Source of the DNA: Eledone cirrhosa
Taxonomy: Eukaryota
Reading direction: 5' to 3'
Assembly (NCBI GenBank): GCA_964016885.1
Contig: OZ024741.1
Location: forward strand, 230,950,001-231,014,000
DNA: 64,000 bases
In this document: positions 37,531-52,082 of the stretch, piece by piece
Position numbering within the stretch: the first letter of the stretch is position 1
How the letters are laid out: the number at the start of each line of letters is the position of its first letter
The notes under the pieces: generated by a model
What the model was told of the DNA's origin: nothing
Databases searched by the model: none
What the model saw: the letters and a program-made list of their open reading frames with translations, nothing else
Position numbers and translations under genes: made by a program

Positions 37531-40500
37531 GTTTTCTTTATTAACCACAAGGGTTTACATAAAGTAGACATTAAGCACAGTACAGGACAATACAGGACGG
37601 TACAAATGGGCATTTGTGCGTGTAAAAAAAAACAGAGGATGTAATAAAAATAACAATGAAAAATTCCCCAATACGGGGGGAGACTTACGAGGGACATTTG
37701 TGGAGAAAGCCCATTAAAAGGCCACAGTGACCCTGACCACCAGGGCAAGTGCCCTCTCCCAGTTTTCCACCTTTAATTTACAAACACATACTCAGAGTAG
37801 GCCCATTCACTCGGGTCATACTTGCTTCTCTCACCCATCATTCAAAAATATGCTACGAAGAGAGCACTTCCCTCTCTGCCCTGATTTTCCTTTTCAAATG
37901 AAATTTGAAAAAGTTAATGAGGGCATCACCGAAGAGGTAAGTGTTCGTCTTCAGCCCTATGAAACGTGTCCACCATACTATCTTTTTCGCCATGGCAACC
38001 AGACAGATAAATACTGCCTGCCCTTCCCGGCTAAAGGAAGAGGGCGAGGCAATCCTCACGATGGACTCAGCTGATAGCTGGATCCCTCCTACACTTGACA
38101 GAAGGTGTTCGACATAAACCCACAAGTCAGCAATGCTCAGTGCGTGCAGGTTGGTTTCGTCGCCCTGCGCGCATCTCGAACATGCCCGGCTGACGCCACC
38201 TCCATGCCTGTAGAGTTTATCCCGAACTGGCAAAGCTCCTCGGTAGCACTGCCAGGCCAGGGATTTCTGGAAGTTGACCATAAGCCCCGGCCCGAATGTC
38301 CTTCCGAAGAGATAGGCTAGTTGATTTACGTCGACGCCTAGAGTTTCTCCAAGTACGTCGTCGCTCTTCTCCTCCACTAATTCTCTATAGAACACCAAGG
38401 TGGAGTTTCCACCGATCACATTGCTCGATTGGTCGAGGGCTATGAGCACCTGAAGACATCCCAGTCTCCAAGCGCCCCCTCTCGGTCTTCGCTTGACCCA
38501 GGACTGCAGCTCCGTCAAGGAGACGAGCTGGGGAAAGACGTGTCTAGCAAACGGCGACCACACCTGATCACCGTTGAGGAAGAGGTGGAGATGTCGTAGC
38601 CTGAGCGCGTGTCTGCACATCATCATCCACGGCATGCCCAGCTCTCCACGTAGCGGGTGTTGACAGCAGATGGACCGCCTGACCATCGGAGCGCGTCTCT
38701 TCCACAAAAAGCGAAAGAGCAAACGCTCCAGCGCAGTCAGGCGAGGCTTAGGACAAGGTACGACGGTCAGGCGGTAGTAGATGACGGACACGATGTACGC
38801 GTTAGCCACCTCCGCTCGACCTTTCAGGGATAGCTTCCTCTCCGCCCATTTCTCGGTGAAAGAAGCCACCCTGCTCGTCACCTCGTCCCAGTGTTTGTCC
38901 GTCTGGAGATCCGGACCGAACCAGATCCCTGGCAATTTAACCGGTCAGTCCGACCAGCGCCAGTCGACGCTGTTGGACGGCATGAACCTGCCTCTCCAGG
39001 TGCCGAGCTGCAGGCCCACTGACTTTTCCTGGTTGATTATTGCTCCTGTCACCGCTTCGTATTCTCTTAATGTAGTGCCGATCGCCTCGATGTGTTTGGC
39101 GTTCGACACCACTACGGTGGCATCGTCCGCATATGCTGACATGGATCTTCCGCATCCTAGTTCGCGCGGGACCCCCTCAACGTATCCAGTTTGTGCAGTA
39201 ATGGCTCGAGAGTCAATACGTACAAGAGGGACGAGAGGGGACATCCTTGGCGGACCGAGCGCATGATGTTGAACGGTTCCGAAAGGTGACCGTTCACTCT
39301 CACCACAGATCATATGTCTTTGTGAATGGCAGCGATCCAGCCTCTGAAGACGGGCCCAAAGCGAGCCGCCCCGCTAGGTAACGATGGTCGACCCTATCGA
39401 AAGCTTTCGACTGATCTAGATAGATCAAAGACCCACCTTGTTCGGATCCTTTCTCAGCAGCCCCACAGATCCTCGGCTCACAGAGCTGGGAATTCTCCCG
39501 TTCTGTTGCCAGTTGCAGTAGACGTCCGCTAAGAGGCCTCCAAACAAGTCTGGCATCTGTACGTAAAGTTCATAGGGCAGACCATCCAAACCAGGCGATT
39601 TATCCCTTGTGCAGCCAGTCATTTCCCCCCGTACTTCAGCGGCTGTTATCGGCTTTTCGCAACACTCCGCCTCAGTGGTCGAGAGCCGCGGCAGTCCGTC
39701 GAGGTAGACACTAAAGTCTATCCCGCGATCTGGCGCGCCGCTGCCCCCGAACAGCCGTGCGAAGTGTCGCCGAAAAGCTTCACACATTTGCCCGGGATCG
39801 AGTAGCATGCGCCCGTCCTGGACAACCAAAGACCGGATAGTGGCTTTGTTATCAGGACGCGCCTCCGCCAATCGGGCGCATTGAAGGCTTTCGTCCCCTC
39901 GTGTCTGAGAGAACGCACTCTAGCCCTGACTACGCAGCCTTCATGCTTTGCATTGAAGAATTGGTCAAGGGCCAATTTCCCCGCAGGTACGTCGGTCGCG
40001 ATGCCTTTGCTAAGCGCCTCGTCTAATTTTCTAACTAATTCTCCCTCTGCTCTATTTTTCTCTATTGCTAAAACCTAATGGACCCTATTCTAATTACTCT
40101 TTTCAGAGCAAACCACCACTTGGTGTTGACGATGGCTCCCGTCAACGCTCGCTTAACTAGTTCGCTAATCCGGTCTCTGTAGGCCTTGCGTCCTGGTAAG
40201 CACGCGTTTAGGTTCCAGTAGCCGGGTCCTCGTCTATGAAGCCGATCTAAGTCAAGCACACAGATCACGAATTTGTGGTCCGTGTAGCTGACTATCTTGA
40301 ATTGTGGACAGCCTATGCTAGACCTATCTCTTTCCCTACAAAATACTCAATCTAGATATGATCTGGATGACCCCATGCGATTTTTCCTGGTCCACATTGG
40401 CACATTCTGGAAATCCAATCGGTACCTGTCAGACAGTTCAAAACGCCTGAGCAGGTTGGTGAGACTCTTGCACACTCCTCCCCTATCCACTAATGCCACA

Positions 40501-42903
40501 CAGTCCCACCGTGCATCTAAGATCCCGTTCCAGTCGTCCACTAACACTAAAGAGCGGGACGTTCCAAGAAAAGTCTCCAGACGCCGGAAGAAATCAGGCC
40601 ACCCTGCTCTTGTCGGGGCATAGACGGCCCCTAACCTGGAAGCTTTCCCGTCTCCGCTGGTCACGTCCAGCACCACCAATTTACCTTCTGGGTCCAGGAA
40701 GATGGCTCGTATAGCAAGATGCAAACCTTTCCGAAAAAGCACAGCAACTCCTCCCCCGATCCCGGACGGCTGGGAGATGCGTACACATCGTAGTCACCGA
40801 AGATCGGTGCGAGGGCCCGTGCTTCGGAGATGGTGCATCTCGGAAATCTCCGATGACTTTGGTGAATTTTTGTTTTAGTGTCATGTAGGTTTTCTCTGTG
40901 ATGCGAGTGATTTGTATGTGTGGAGGTGGTGTGAACTTTTGGGTTGTTGTGTAGTCTTTTTCTGTGATGCTGGTGTTGTGTTGGATGTAGTGTAATAAGT
41001 GGTTGTTGTTCAAATTTAATGCTGTGTAGTGTGTATCGTTTTGGTTGTTTTGTTGTGTTTGCGTTTGTTGTGGGTTTGTTTCTGTTTCGCATTTTGTTGA
41101 CTTTTCTGTAGTAGGTGATGGTGGTGTTGGGGTTAATGATGGTGATGGTGTTGGTGTTTGGGGTGATGGGGTTGGTGATGCTGGTGTGGATGGTGGCCTG
41201 TCTGTCCTAGCTTTTTTGTTTGATAGTTTATTTGTTTCCCTCTGTATTTTGTTTTTGGAGGGGGAAGGAAGATAATTTTTTTCTTTTTTGGTTTCCTTTT
41301 TTCATTTTTCCTGATACCGTTTCCCACTCCTCGTCATCATAATCAGTCCCCAGTTGTGATAGGCCGGGGAGTGGAAAATCCTACACAGGCGTTAGTTTTG
41401 GTTGTGGCGTGGTGGATGGTGTATGTGCTGGTGCTAGTTCTGAAGCGTTGGGTGGTGGTGGTGTTGGTTTTGATAGTGTTGCTGGAGTTGTTCCTGTTAC
41501 AGTTGCTTCTGTTGTTGCTGCTACAGTTGTTGCTGCCATCTCTGCTGCTGCTGGTGTTGATGGTTGAGTACTGGGGTGGGTAGGAGAGGTGGCCGCAACC
41601 TTTTAGCCTGAGGGCAGAAAGCCCTTAGGTGGGTTCCTTCACTACAAACGACACACCTAGGCCTTCTACCCTCGACAATTACGGTGAGGTGGCTGCCGTC
41701 AGTGAGGTCTATTACCTCTGGGATCTCCTCAATGCTTTTTTGGTCCGCTTGGATCAGGAGCTCCATCCAAGATCCGGACCAGTTCTCCTGCTTTTCTTTC
41801 GCTATTTCGATTATCTTGGTGTTGGCTTCGATGCCGGCGAGGACGGCAGCTATTAGCCAGGGAATTTCGATGGCCGGTGGAACGTGGGTGACCCTGATCT
41901 TTACGATTCTCTGGCCACAATAGCTTGGGACAAGTGTGAAATCGTCACTTCTTAATGGGGCCATGGAGTGTTCTCTAGCCTCCTGTGGTGTTTCAAAGAA
42001 CACGTCCACGCTTCCATACTTCTGCCTACGTCTGATGTGTTTTTTTTTGCCCACACATGTCCCAAAGCTTTTTGGATTTCTGATGTGGATGCCCGTTCCA
42101 CTCGGCGCGAGTTTATATTAATTGTTCGATAAGACACGGTGCATAAGCGCCGATGCTCCATTTTATTAGGTGGGGGTGTGAGGCTGACCCTGTACCCATC
42201 TTTCTTTACCATTGTTTTGGCTTTTTCTAATTCCTCCTGTGCTACATGAAATGCTTCGCACTGTTTTGCTACTCTGGCAAAACTCAGGGTGGTTTTCTTA
42301 ATGTCATTGTTGCTGTTCTTGTTATCGTTATTTTTGTTATTATTAATTTTAGTTTCAGTTGTGGTGGTGGTGGTGGCGTCAGTGGTATTCGGTGTGGAAG
42401 TGTTCATTTTGGTTGAATTCATTTCGATATCACGAGTTAATTTATTTTTTTCTTTTGTTTCTGTTGTCGCGGTGTGGTGGGGGTAGGGATCGTCGCGGTG
42501 GTGGTGGTGGTGGCGGCTTTAACACCTGCAGTCATTGGTAATGGCGGGAAATGAATATCTGACTGAGACAAATTTAAAATATTGCTACTGCTTATATTTT
42601 TTTTAGTGTTGGCAAACGTAGTAATATTTACAATGGTGGTGTCGGTGTGAGGTGTTAGTTTGTGAGAAAGGAGTGACTCTGAGTCAGCCATGAAATTTCA
42701 AAGAAAAATTTTTGTTTGATAATTATAAAAGTTAAATTTTGGGCTCAAGGCCCCAATCTTTTTGGGTGTCCTTTTCAGATAACAATGTATGTGCACTTAT
42801 ATACAATTAACCATACAATTTTCTATGAATGGCAATTTTGAATAACTGAAAATAACAAACCTTTGCGGAGCTCACGATTATACGAGTTACTACATAGGGC
42901 GCC

Positions 42904-42904
<1 letters not shown>
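37531..42904 (-). mobile_element. Tx1 family 1, duplicate copy (ORF1/ORF2 junction deleted near 40835)
   Basis: Paralog of 12631-18187; RCVVCSEGTHLRAFC, endonuclease and YADD; (TTA)n at both ends. Confidence 0.92.
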
Positions 42905-42942
<38 letters not shown>

Positions 42943-42944
<2 letters not shown>

Positions 42945-43847
42945 TACGTGGTGGATAGAGTGTTATGGAATCGCTCCCGTAAGTTTTGAATTTTTACATA
43001 TTGTGATAGAATAATTCTTATTACAAATGGGACATAAGGCACCAGCTTAAGCTCTCAGGAAGTGAGTATCTGTATTTAATTTTGTATTAGAAATTTTATA
43101 TTCAAAAGAGTAAATGGTTACTATTGGAAGAAAACCCCTCAGTGTACACTCAATACAACAAACAAATAATTTCACCACCACCGCCACCACAACCAACAGC
43201 ACCAACACCACCACCACCACCACCACACAGGTGTGTGGTTTGTGGCAAAGGAACCCACCTAAAGACCGTCTGCCTTTAGGCTAAAACGTTGAGGCCACCT
43301 CTCCTACGCACCGTGACGCAACCATCAAATCCACCAGCAGCAGAAATGGCATCAACAACAGAAGCAACTTAGCAGCAACATCCCCAGTAACAGTAGCAAA
43401 ACCAACACCACCACCACCACCACTCACCGTGCCAGAATTAGCACCAGCGCCTCCACCATCCACCATGCCACAACCAAAACGAACGCCTGTGGAGGATTTT
43501 CCACTCTCCGACCTATCCCAATTGGAGCCAGATTGTGACGATGAGGAGGAATGGGAAATGGTATCAGAAAAAAAGAAAAAGAAAAAAAGAACACAAAAAA
43601 GAAAAATCCGCTTCCTTCGCCCTCCAAAAACAAAATGCAGGAGGAAACAAATAAGCAAACAAACAAAAAAGTTAAGACAGCTATGCCACCACCCACACCA
43701 GAATCACCAGACCCATCACAACAAACACCAACACCATCACCATCACAACACCACAAAAAGCACCAAAAAGTGAAACAGAAACAAACCCACAACAAACGCA
43801 AACAAATCAACCCAAACGATACACACTACGCAGCATTAAATTTGAAC
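42943..43847 (+). mobile_element. Chimeric Tx1 5' fragment, duplicate
   Basis: Paralog of 18215-19149. Confidence 0.8.
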
Positions 43848-44145
43848 AAGGGCGGTGAATTGACAGTATCGGTAGAGGGTCGGACGCCATGCTTTGACGC
43901 ATAGAGTTACGGCCCTTGCCATTCTGAGTTCAAATCCCGCCGAGGTTAACTTTGCCTTTCATCCTTACGGGGTCGATAAAATAAAGTACCAGTAATGCGC
44001 GGGGTCATTGCTGGCCTTGTGCCAAAAGTATAAACAATTATTATTATCTCACGGAGTTGAGAAACAGAGCCCCAGCTATAAACTGGGATAATTGCCGGTC
44101 CCTGACAAAAGCAGAATCAACCACCATCATCCTCAGCATCTACAA
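43848..44145 (+). mobile_element. SINE (43848-44047) followed by a hypermutated SINE fragment (44048-44145)
   Basis: Paralog of 19150-19445. Confidence 0.85.
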
Positions 44146-44344
44146 TTTTTTTCAAGGCCAGTAACATCGGTTACTAGTGTTGTTGTTGCTGCTGGTGTTT
44201 TTTAATTTTAGCTACGCTAAGCTCGTAGTCATAGCAACGAGGGAGGTAGGGGGTGTTGCGTTCACGATTTTGGAATTTTGTTTTTCTTTTAACGTTGCGT
44301 TTGTTTTTTGTCTGTGTTTTGTCCTGGTAATTTCACAACTTGTT

Positions 44345-44529
44345 TGGCAGTATCGGTAGAGGGTCGGACGCCATTATTTGCAGCAAAGAGTTACGGCCCT
44401 TTATGGTCTGAGTTCAAATCCCGCTGAGGTTAACTTTGCCTTTCATCCTTACGGGTTCGATAAAATAATGTACCAGTAATTCACTGAATTAGTTGTTGGC
44501 CTTGTGCCTAAAATAGAAACAATTATTAT
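44345..44529 (+). mobile_element. tRNA-derived SINE
   Basis: Paralog of 19964-20147. Confidence 0.9.
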
Positions 44530-44927
44530 GCAAGTTGACATCGTTCAAACTAAACATGTTTAAAGAGCTTAGAGATACAACGACAATAATTATTGTTATT
44601 ATGGTGTTGTTGTTGGCTATGCCGGTGGTGCTGATGCTTTTTCCGAAGGGAGGAGGAAGAGTTTTAATGTTGGTGGGGTACTTCAATGCCACTGGAGCTG
44701 TTCATTGTGGGATGATCAACATTTTCTTTTGACTGAGTAACTAAATCAGTCTATTTATATATTTTGGGAGCTTCTTCCTTTCTAATCTTGTGTAGTGGTA
44801 CTACAATCTTCCTTCTCCTTAACAGAAGGGGGTGAGGGAATAGTGGTGGTAACAATGATAGAGTGGTGACGGTGGTGATGGGGTAGTGGTACTATAGTGA
44901 TGGTGTTATTGCCGCTGTTGTTTTCCT

Positions 44928-47513
44928 CTAGCTAAATTTTGTGGTGTATCGCATGAGGTGGAGATTGTCGTGTATGGGCCTGGATGGGATTGCGCAAGTT
45001 TGCGCCTCCCCAACAAAATCCTCGACGACAAGCGCCAATCTCTTTGCTAACACCTTGACCAAAATCTTAAACTCTGTGTTGAGCAGAGTTATGGGCCTGA
45101 AGTTGTCTAATGTATCCCTCTTGTTCTCGTCTTTCCCTATCAGCGTTACCACTCCCCTGCTCACAGAACTGGGAATACTCCCATTCTGCTGCCAGTTGCA
45201 GTATAGTGCTTCGAGGAGATATGAGAACAAGTCTGGCATATTTACATAACGCTCGTAGGGCAGTCCATCCAAACCGGGTGACTTGCGCCTCATGCAGCCG
45301 ACAATGGCAGCCTGAATTTCGGCTGAAGTAATCGGCCTTTCGCAGCGCTCAGTGTCGACCGAGGAGATGCGCGGCAAACCGTCTAGGTAGGGACTGAAAT
45401 CCGCTACTCTCTCTCTGACACACCATTCTCCCCGAACAACCGAACAAAATGATGGCAAAAGGCCTCACACAATCGCTTGGAATCGCTTATCTCGTGTCCG
45501 TCTCGGTCCGCAAAAGACAGAATCGTGGTTTTATTACCACGCTGCGTCTTAGCCAGGCGGGCCCATCGAACGGCTTTGGTTCCCTCGTTTCTCAGTGCGC
45601 GCACCTTGGCTCTGACAATGGAACTTAGTGTTTCGCGTTTAAGAAATGGTCTAATGGCATTCTCGCCGCTAGAACGTCAGTTGCAATGCCACTACAAATA
45701 GCCTCGAGTAACTTATCTACCAGTTCCCCCTCCTTTCTATTTTTCTCTAATGCTAGGTCTTTGCTGAACTCTATCGAAGATACTCTAATCTCTCTTTTGA
45801 GATCCCCCAACCATCTGTTGTTGATGATCTCTGTCAACTTTTGCTTAATTAAATTGTAGATCGGTCCCTGCAAGCCTTACGTGCCGGAAATGACATGTTC
45901 AGCTTCCAGTAACCCGGTCCCAACCTACGCGTTTTATCTAGGTCGACCATAGAGATCACAGATTTGTGATCTGAATTGGCGACCGTTTTAAAAAGTGGGC
46001 AGCCTACACTATTTCTATCTATTTTCCTAATGAAGTACCTGTCTATATACGATCTAGTTGACCCCATGCGCTTGGTCCATCTCCATACTAGCGCATTGGG
46101 GAAAACAAGTCGATACCTGTCAGACAGTTGGAACTGGCTGATTAGGTGCTTGAGGCTTTTGAACACCCCCCCCTCCGGTCCTATCAGCTATTCCCACACA
46201 ATCCCAGCGTGCGTCTAAGATGCGGTTCCAGTCCCCCTCTAACAGTAATGGGCGAGACGTACCCAGAAAGGACAACAGGCGCCTAAAGAAGCCCTGTCTT
46301 CCGGCCCCTGTAGGGGCGTAGACGGCCATCTTCCCTACTGCTCACATCAAAGACTCAACATGCCGTGCGGGTGCCGGAAGATCGACCTTACAGTCTTCTC
46401 TCTCTGTCCTTTTGATATCCAGGAGGTTAGTGTCTGTCCCTCCTCGATTACGCATCCCAGGAGCCACCATATGTTCATTCCTGGTGGGATGCTGGGAATG
46501 CGGATCTTTACTGTCCTTTTACCCATGTAGGACGGGTGCATGATAATGCGTTCCGTTCTGCAGGGGTTCACCGAGTGCTTAATAGCAAAAGCCTCTGTTT
46601 TGAACAGTACCGAGATGGTACCGAACTGTTTGGCCCTTGCTTTATACTCTATGCCACTTCCGATGCACTCCAAACCAGTCTCGAGATCTGCTTGGCTGGC
46701 AAGTTCCACTTTGCGTGTCTGCACCGAAATGCATCGAAAATACACCGTACTCCTTTGCATGGGCGCTATTGCCCCGTCCGGGATGGTCAGGTTTGCCCAA
46801 GACTTCTACCGTTTAATTAACCTCCATGCCTGGGCCAACTGTTCGTCTTTATCAATATTCAATAAGTGCTTTGATTTTGCTGCTGCAGCCAAAGTGGTGC
46901 CTATGTTGCTCTTCATGTTGGTGTTGTCGGTCTCGCTGTTGTTGTTGGTGTTGTTGTTGCTGTTTTGTTTGTTGTTGCTGCTGCCACCGCCATCCGTGTT
47001 TACATTGAAGTTGTCGGTGTTATGATCGTTGTTGTTCTGAGTTATTGTTGTGGTGATTGTTGTGGTGGTGGCGGGGGTTGCAGTGGTGGTGTTGATGTCG
47101 TATTCAGTTGATAGAGCTCCTAACACAGAAGGGAGCGGTCCGATTGTAGCTTTTGAGTTTTGCCTTCACATCCAGTGGAATGCTCGACAGACATTTCTGT
47201 AGTAGTCGTAGATGTGGTGAGATCTACAGTGGCTGCTTTTTGACTTTTGACCTGAACGTTGTTTCCTGTTTCAAGGTCGAAAATGTGTCTTTTTTTTTTG
47301 GTGGGGAAGCGATTTTCTTCGAAGTTTTTAAAAATAAATCTGAATATTCGGGCTTAAAGCCCGAATATTGAAAGGTCTCCCTTATTTGAAACCAATGTGG
47401 ATACCTTATGTTTCGTTAACGACAAGAAAATACAAAAAAATGATACTTTAAAACAGCTTAAAGTTACGAACCTTTTCCCCCGCAGACTTGTACGTCTTCA
47501 TATATGTGCATTC
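44928..47513 (-). mobile_element. Tx1 family 2, duplicate (large deletion joining ORF1 to the endonuclease near 46390)
   Basis: Paralog of 20547-24639 with the same DNLHLMRY|TTKFS breakpoint. Confidence 0.9.
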
Positions 47514-47521
47514 AATAATAA

Positions 47522-48405
47522 TAAGGCACTTGGCTTAGCCCTCAGGAAATGTGGACCAATAATATCCTATTATATCGCTCAAATATTCAATTTTGTATTA
47601 TAAATTTTATATTCAAAAAAGAAAATGGTTATAAATGGAAGACAATCCCCTCTGTCTACACTATATGGAACAGCCAAATAACAGCAATTTCACCAGCACG
47701 ACAACCTGGATCCCCCACCTATCCCACCACCCCTCTGTGTACATTAAATACAACAGCCAGATAAGGGCAATTTTACCACCACCACGACCAATCCCAGCAT
47801 AATAATAATAATTTCTATTACTGTCTCTAAAAATGTTTAATTAGAATATTAAGGAAATATGTCAACATATATATTAAACATAGGCGACAAACCGCATAGA
47901 TATACAGATCAAAGAAACGCATACTATCTACAGTCTATTCAAAATAACTAAGTAGCGATAACGCCATAATTTCAGTTACCGCCCCCCATCACTCCATCAC
48001 TGCTACCGCTATCCCATCACCGCCGCCACCATTACTACCCCACTACCTTCGGCTTAACTTAAGAAAGGGGAAGGTGGCAGTGTCACTAGAGAAGGCTAGT
48101 AAAAGATATAAATAGACTAGCAAAATATATATATAGACTGACGGTATCACTAGACAGGGCTAGCAAAAATATAAATAGACTGACTTAGAGACCCGGTCAA
48201 ACGTCAACGACTATGACACTCCTGGATCCCCCCTTCCCCAGCAACGATAGAAAAAGCCCCAGAACCACCACCGACATAGCCAACAACAACAACAGGCAAC
48301 TTCAGCAAAATGTATATTAAATTATTAATAATAATTTCATTTTTAAGCCAGGCAGTTCTCACATTAAGGAACCACTCATGATAATAACAATTTAAAAAAC
48401 AAAAA
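47522..48405 (+). mobile_element. Tx1-derived non-autonomous segment, copy 3
   Basis: Near-identical to 24651-25540. Confidence 0.6.
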
Positions 48406-48412
48406 AAGGAAA

Positions 48413-51400
48413 CCCCGTGACCAAGAAATACCGGGATGGCGGCCAATGGGGAATAACCGTGTCTTTAGGGGAGGACGACCCGTCTAGTCTTGGTAGACAC
48501 TCTTCCTAGGAGTGGTAACACGAAATGATTACCCCTTGGCGTTTAAGGATAACACGCAAAAAAATAAAGTCAATGTCAAAAGATAAAATCTCATACTGGA
48601 TCGGCCGTCACTCAGGTCAAAAAGGGCCACCTCCCTCAGAGAGGAACCAGACTGGGGTCGAAAAATCAGCTAATGGTTCAAACCTCCCCATCAATTCGGA
48701 GCTGGAGACCTCCCATACCGGTAAATTGTAACACTTCGAATCCCAGGGTTGGGGCGGATTCACTGACAGCAGAACAAATTAATGAAAGGATCGAAACAAT
48801 GGAGGAAGTGCATGATCGATATGAAACTCAAAATGAAAACAATGAGATCGTAAATGATAAAGAAATGAATGAGAATGAACTTGCCAACTTGAAGAATCAA
48901 ATTATGATTGAATGGATGAAAATGAAAGAATCTGACATGGGGGAACGAGACACCCTCCCTAAGATCCAGAACTCCAAACAGAACCAAATGATAATACACA
49001 AGACTAACATAATTCTCAAAAACATTATCATCACAAACAAACTAAACATTACTGATCTAAATCATATCTATTATGCGTCGGTTAAAGTCACCACTCACTT
49101 ATGTGGAGTGAAAATGAAAAAAACAAAGGAATTCCCACAAGCAACCTATTTGGCAAGATAACATCAATCGCCAGATAAACCTTCTCCGATCTGGCATAGA
49201 AATGTTACCAAACTACAAAGTAGGTGAACATGTTTATCAAACTAAACTTAGAAAATAGAAAGGAAAATACAGTACAAAATAAACAAGTGATAGAGACATG
49301 CTGATAGAAATAATAAAGAAAAACGAGTCGGCCAAAGCTGCTCGTATAAAACGCTTTGAAAAACGATCTAGATTCTATAAGGACAATAATATGTTCAAAA
49401 ACAACCAAAGAAACTTCTACAGAAAAATTCGCAAGTCAACAATAATTGATAAATCAATACCACCCAAGGAAGAAGTTAAAGAAGACTGGGAAAAGATCTG
49501 AGCCAACGAAAAAGTCCATAGTATACATGCCCCATCGATAGACAGACAAATGAAAGATACAGCTCACCTCGAGGAACAACCATGGGAAATATAACAGTTG
49601 AACAGTTGCGTTTGGCTCTTAGAAAAGCCAGCAAATGGAAATCCCTGGGAAAAGACAATAACCAAATTTTTGGATAAATGCCTTCACAGAATCTCATGAG
49701 CTGTTAGCCCAACTTTACAATGAAATGGTTAAGGAGCCAGCAAAATTACCATCATGGCTTGTTAACGACATTACATTCCTACTTCCGAAGAATGATGAGA
49801 CAAACAATCCCCAAAATTACAGACCGATAACTTGCTTGACGTCAATATATCAAATTTTAACATCACTCCTATCTGAATGTACATATGATCACCTGATAAC
49901 AAATGATCTATTTCCCAATTAGCAGAAAGGGTGTAAACGAGGCTCATATGGTTGTAAATATCAGCGTTTGGTTAACAAAATGATACTGGAAGACTGTCAT
50001 GATAGACACAAATATCTATCAATTGCTTGGATATATTACAAAAAAGCATTCGATAGTTTGCCACACAGTTGCATTGAAAAATGTTTAGAGATTTTCAAAA
50101 TAACTCCTGTTCTCAGGAGGTACCTGTCACTCAGTATGAACACATTGAAAACGACACCCCTTTTGAATAGTGGGAAAAACACAGTGGAAGCTGGAGAATT
50201 TAATATTAATTGTGGAATTTTTCAGGGTGACTCTTTATCACCGCTTTTATTCTGCATCGCACTTATACCATTAAGTAAAACTGTCAATGAAACAAAACAT
50301 GGATATAAATTCTATGACAAAACCATTAATCACTTGTTCTACATGGATGACCTGAAACTATTTGCAAAAAATGATGAACAATTGCAAGGGCTATTATCCA
50401 CTGTGAAGCAGTTCAGTGATGACATTAAAATGGAGTTTGGATTAGATAAATGCGCCAAAGCAACGTTCAATGAGGAAAGCAGATGAAAAGTTCAGACATT
50501 AATCTTGATCGGGGGAATGTGATAAGAGAACTTGATCAAGAAGAAACATACAAATATCTAAGTGTTTTTGAAGGAGACGGTATCAAGCACTCGACAATGA
50601 GGGAAAGGATAAGTAAAGAATGTTACCGCAGAGTAAGAGCAATCTTAAGAACGAAATTGAACGGAAGGAATAGGATTGATGCAATAAACACGCTTGCCAA
50701 ACCAGTAGTAACCTACAGTTACAATGTCATCAACTGGTCAATCACAGAGATCCGTAGGCTGGATACACAAATTAGAAAATTCTTAACCATGTACATAATG
50801 CATCACACTAAGGCAGATTCAGATAGAATATATCTCCCTAGGAATGAGGGTGGACGTGGATTAAACCAGTTAAATACTGCGTTGAAAACTGCAACAATTG
50901 GATTATCTACATATCTAAGGGAACGACATGATTGGATGATCAAACTCGTTTTGAAACACGAAAGCATCAAAAGATCATACTCCATTACACAAGATGCACC
51001 AAGATACAGTAATGGACTAACAATTTCAGAAGTTCCATTTACTGCTGAAATGAAAAACACTGAAAACGCAAAGCAGGTAAAAGTAATTGCAAAGAAAGAA
51101 CTGCTACAAAAACTAGTTAAGAAATGGCAAGAAAAGCTTCTGTGTGAAAAATACCCAGAAAGAGTTAAGAATCCTGATGTTGACAAAAGCTTAACCGATC
51201 AATTGACTGAAATCGGAGACTGAAGGACTAATTATATCAGCACAAAATCAGTGCCTGCCAACAAAATATTACCAAGCCAACATAATAAAAAATGGATGCA
51301 ACCCCTTATGCCGTGTATGTAAAACTCAACCAGAGACCATTGATCATATAATTTCAATGTGCAGTCCTACAGCTCCAACCGAATACCTAAACAGACACGA

Positions 51401-52019
51401 CAGAGCTGCACAATACATACATTGGATAATGTGTAAGCATTTTGACCTGCCCCATCAAAAGAATTGGTGGGATCATCAACCACCTCCCATACTTGAAAAG
51501 GATCACTTCTCAATCTTGTGGAACATTAGTATCCAAACTGACCAACAAATAGATGCAAATAGACCTGATATAATACTGAAGCAGTTTAAAAAGAAGGTAT
51601 GCCTGCTAATTGATATGTCCGTTCCAATAGACAAGAATGTATCTATAAAAACATTTGAAAAATTGAGCAAGTATAATGACCTGGAGTTAGAAATTAGAAA
51701 AATGTGGGAATTGAGATCTAAAACAATACCAGTGGTTGTAGGCGCTCTGGGAATGACACCTAAGGGTTCTAATGATTACTTATCGCAAATCCCAGGAAAC
51801 CCGCGTATAGGAGAAATACAAAAGAAAGTACTAATGGGAACTGCCCATATACTAAGGAAGATTCTGTCAATATAAGTACAACCCAAGTCTAAACACCTAA
51901 AGATGCATGTGTGTCTATGTATGTTCTTTTTTGTACATGGCGGACCTTGTTTTCTCTTGAGGTCACTGGTTGTGACTTGGTGATAACTCGTATGAACATA
52001 AGGCAAGATAAATGCAACT

Positions 52020-52020
<1 letters not shown>
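48413..52020 (+). mobile_element. R4/Dong family A, copy 4 (degenerate, ~320-nt deletion at 48720)
   Basis: RT 49968-50486, RLE 51357-51875, (TAA)n tail at 52021-52050. Confidence 0.92.
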
Positions 52021-52052
<32 letters not shown>

Positions 52053-52082
52053 TATATAATAGTTGTGTATACAATTTTACAG

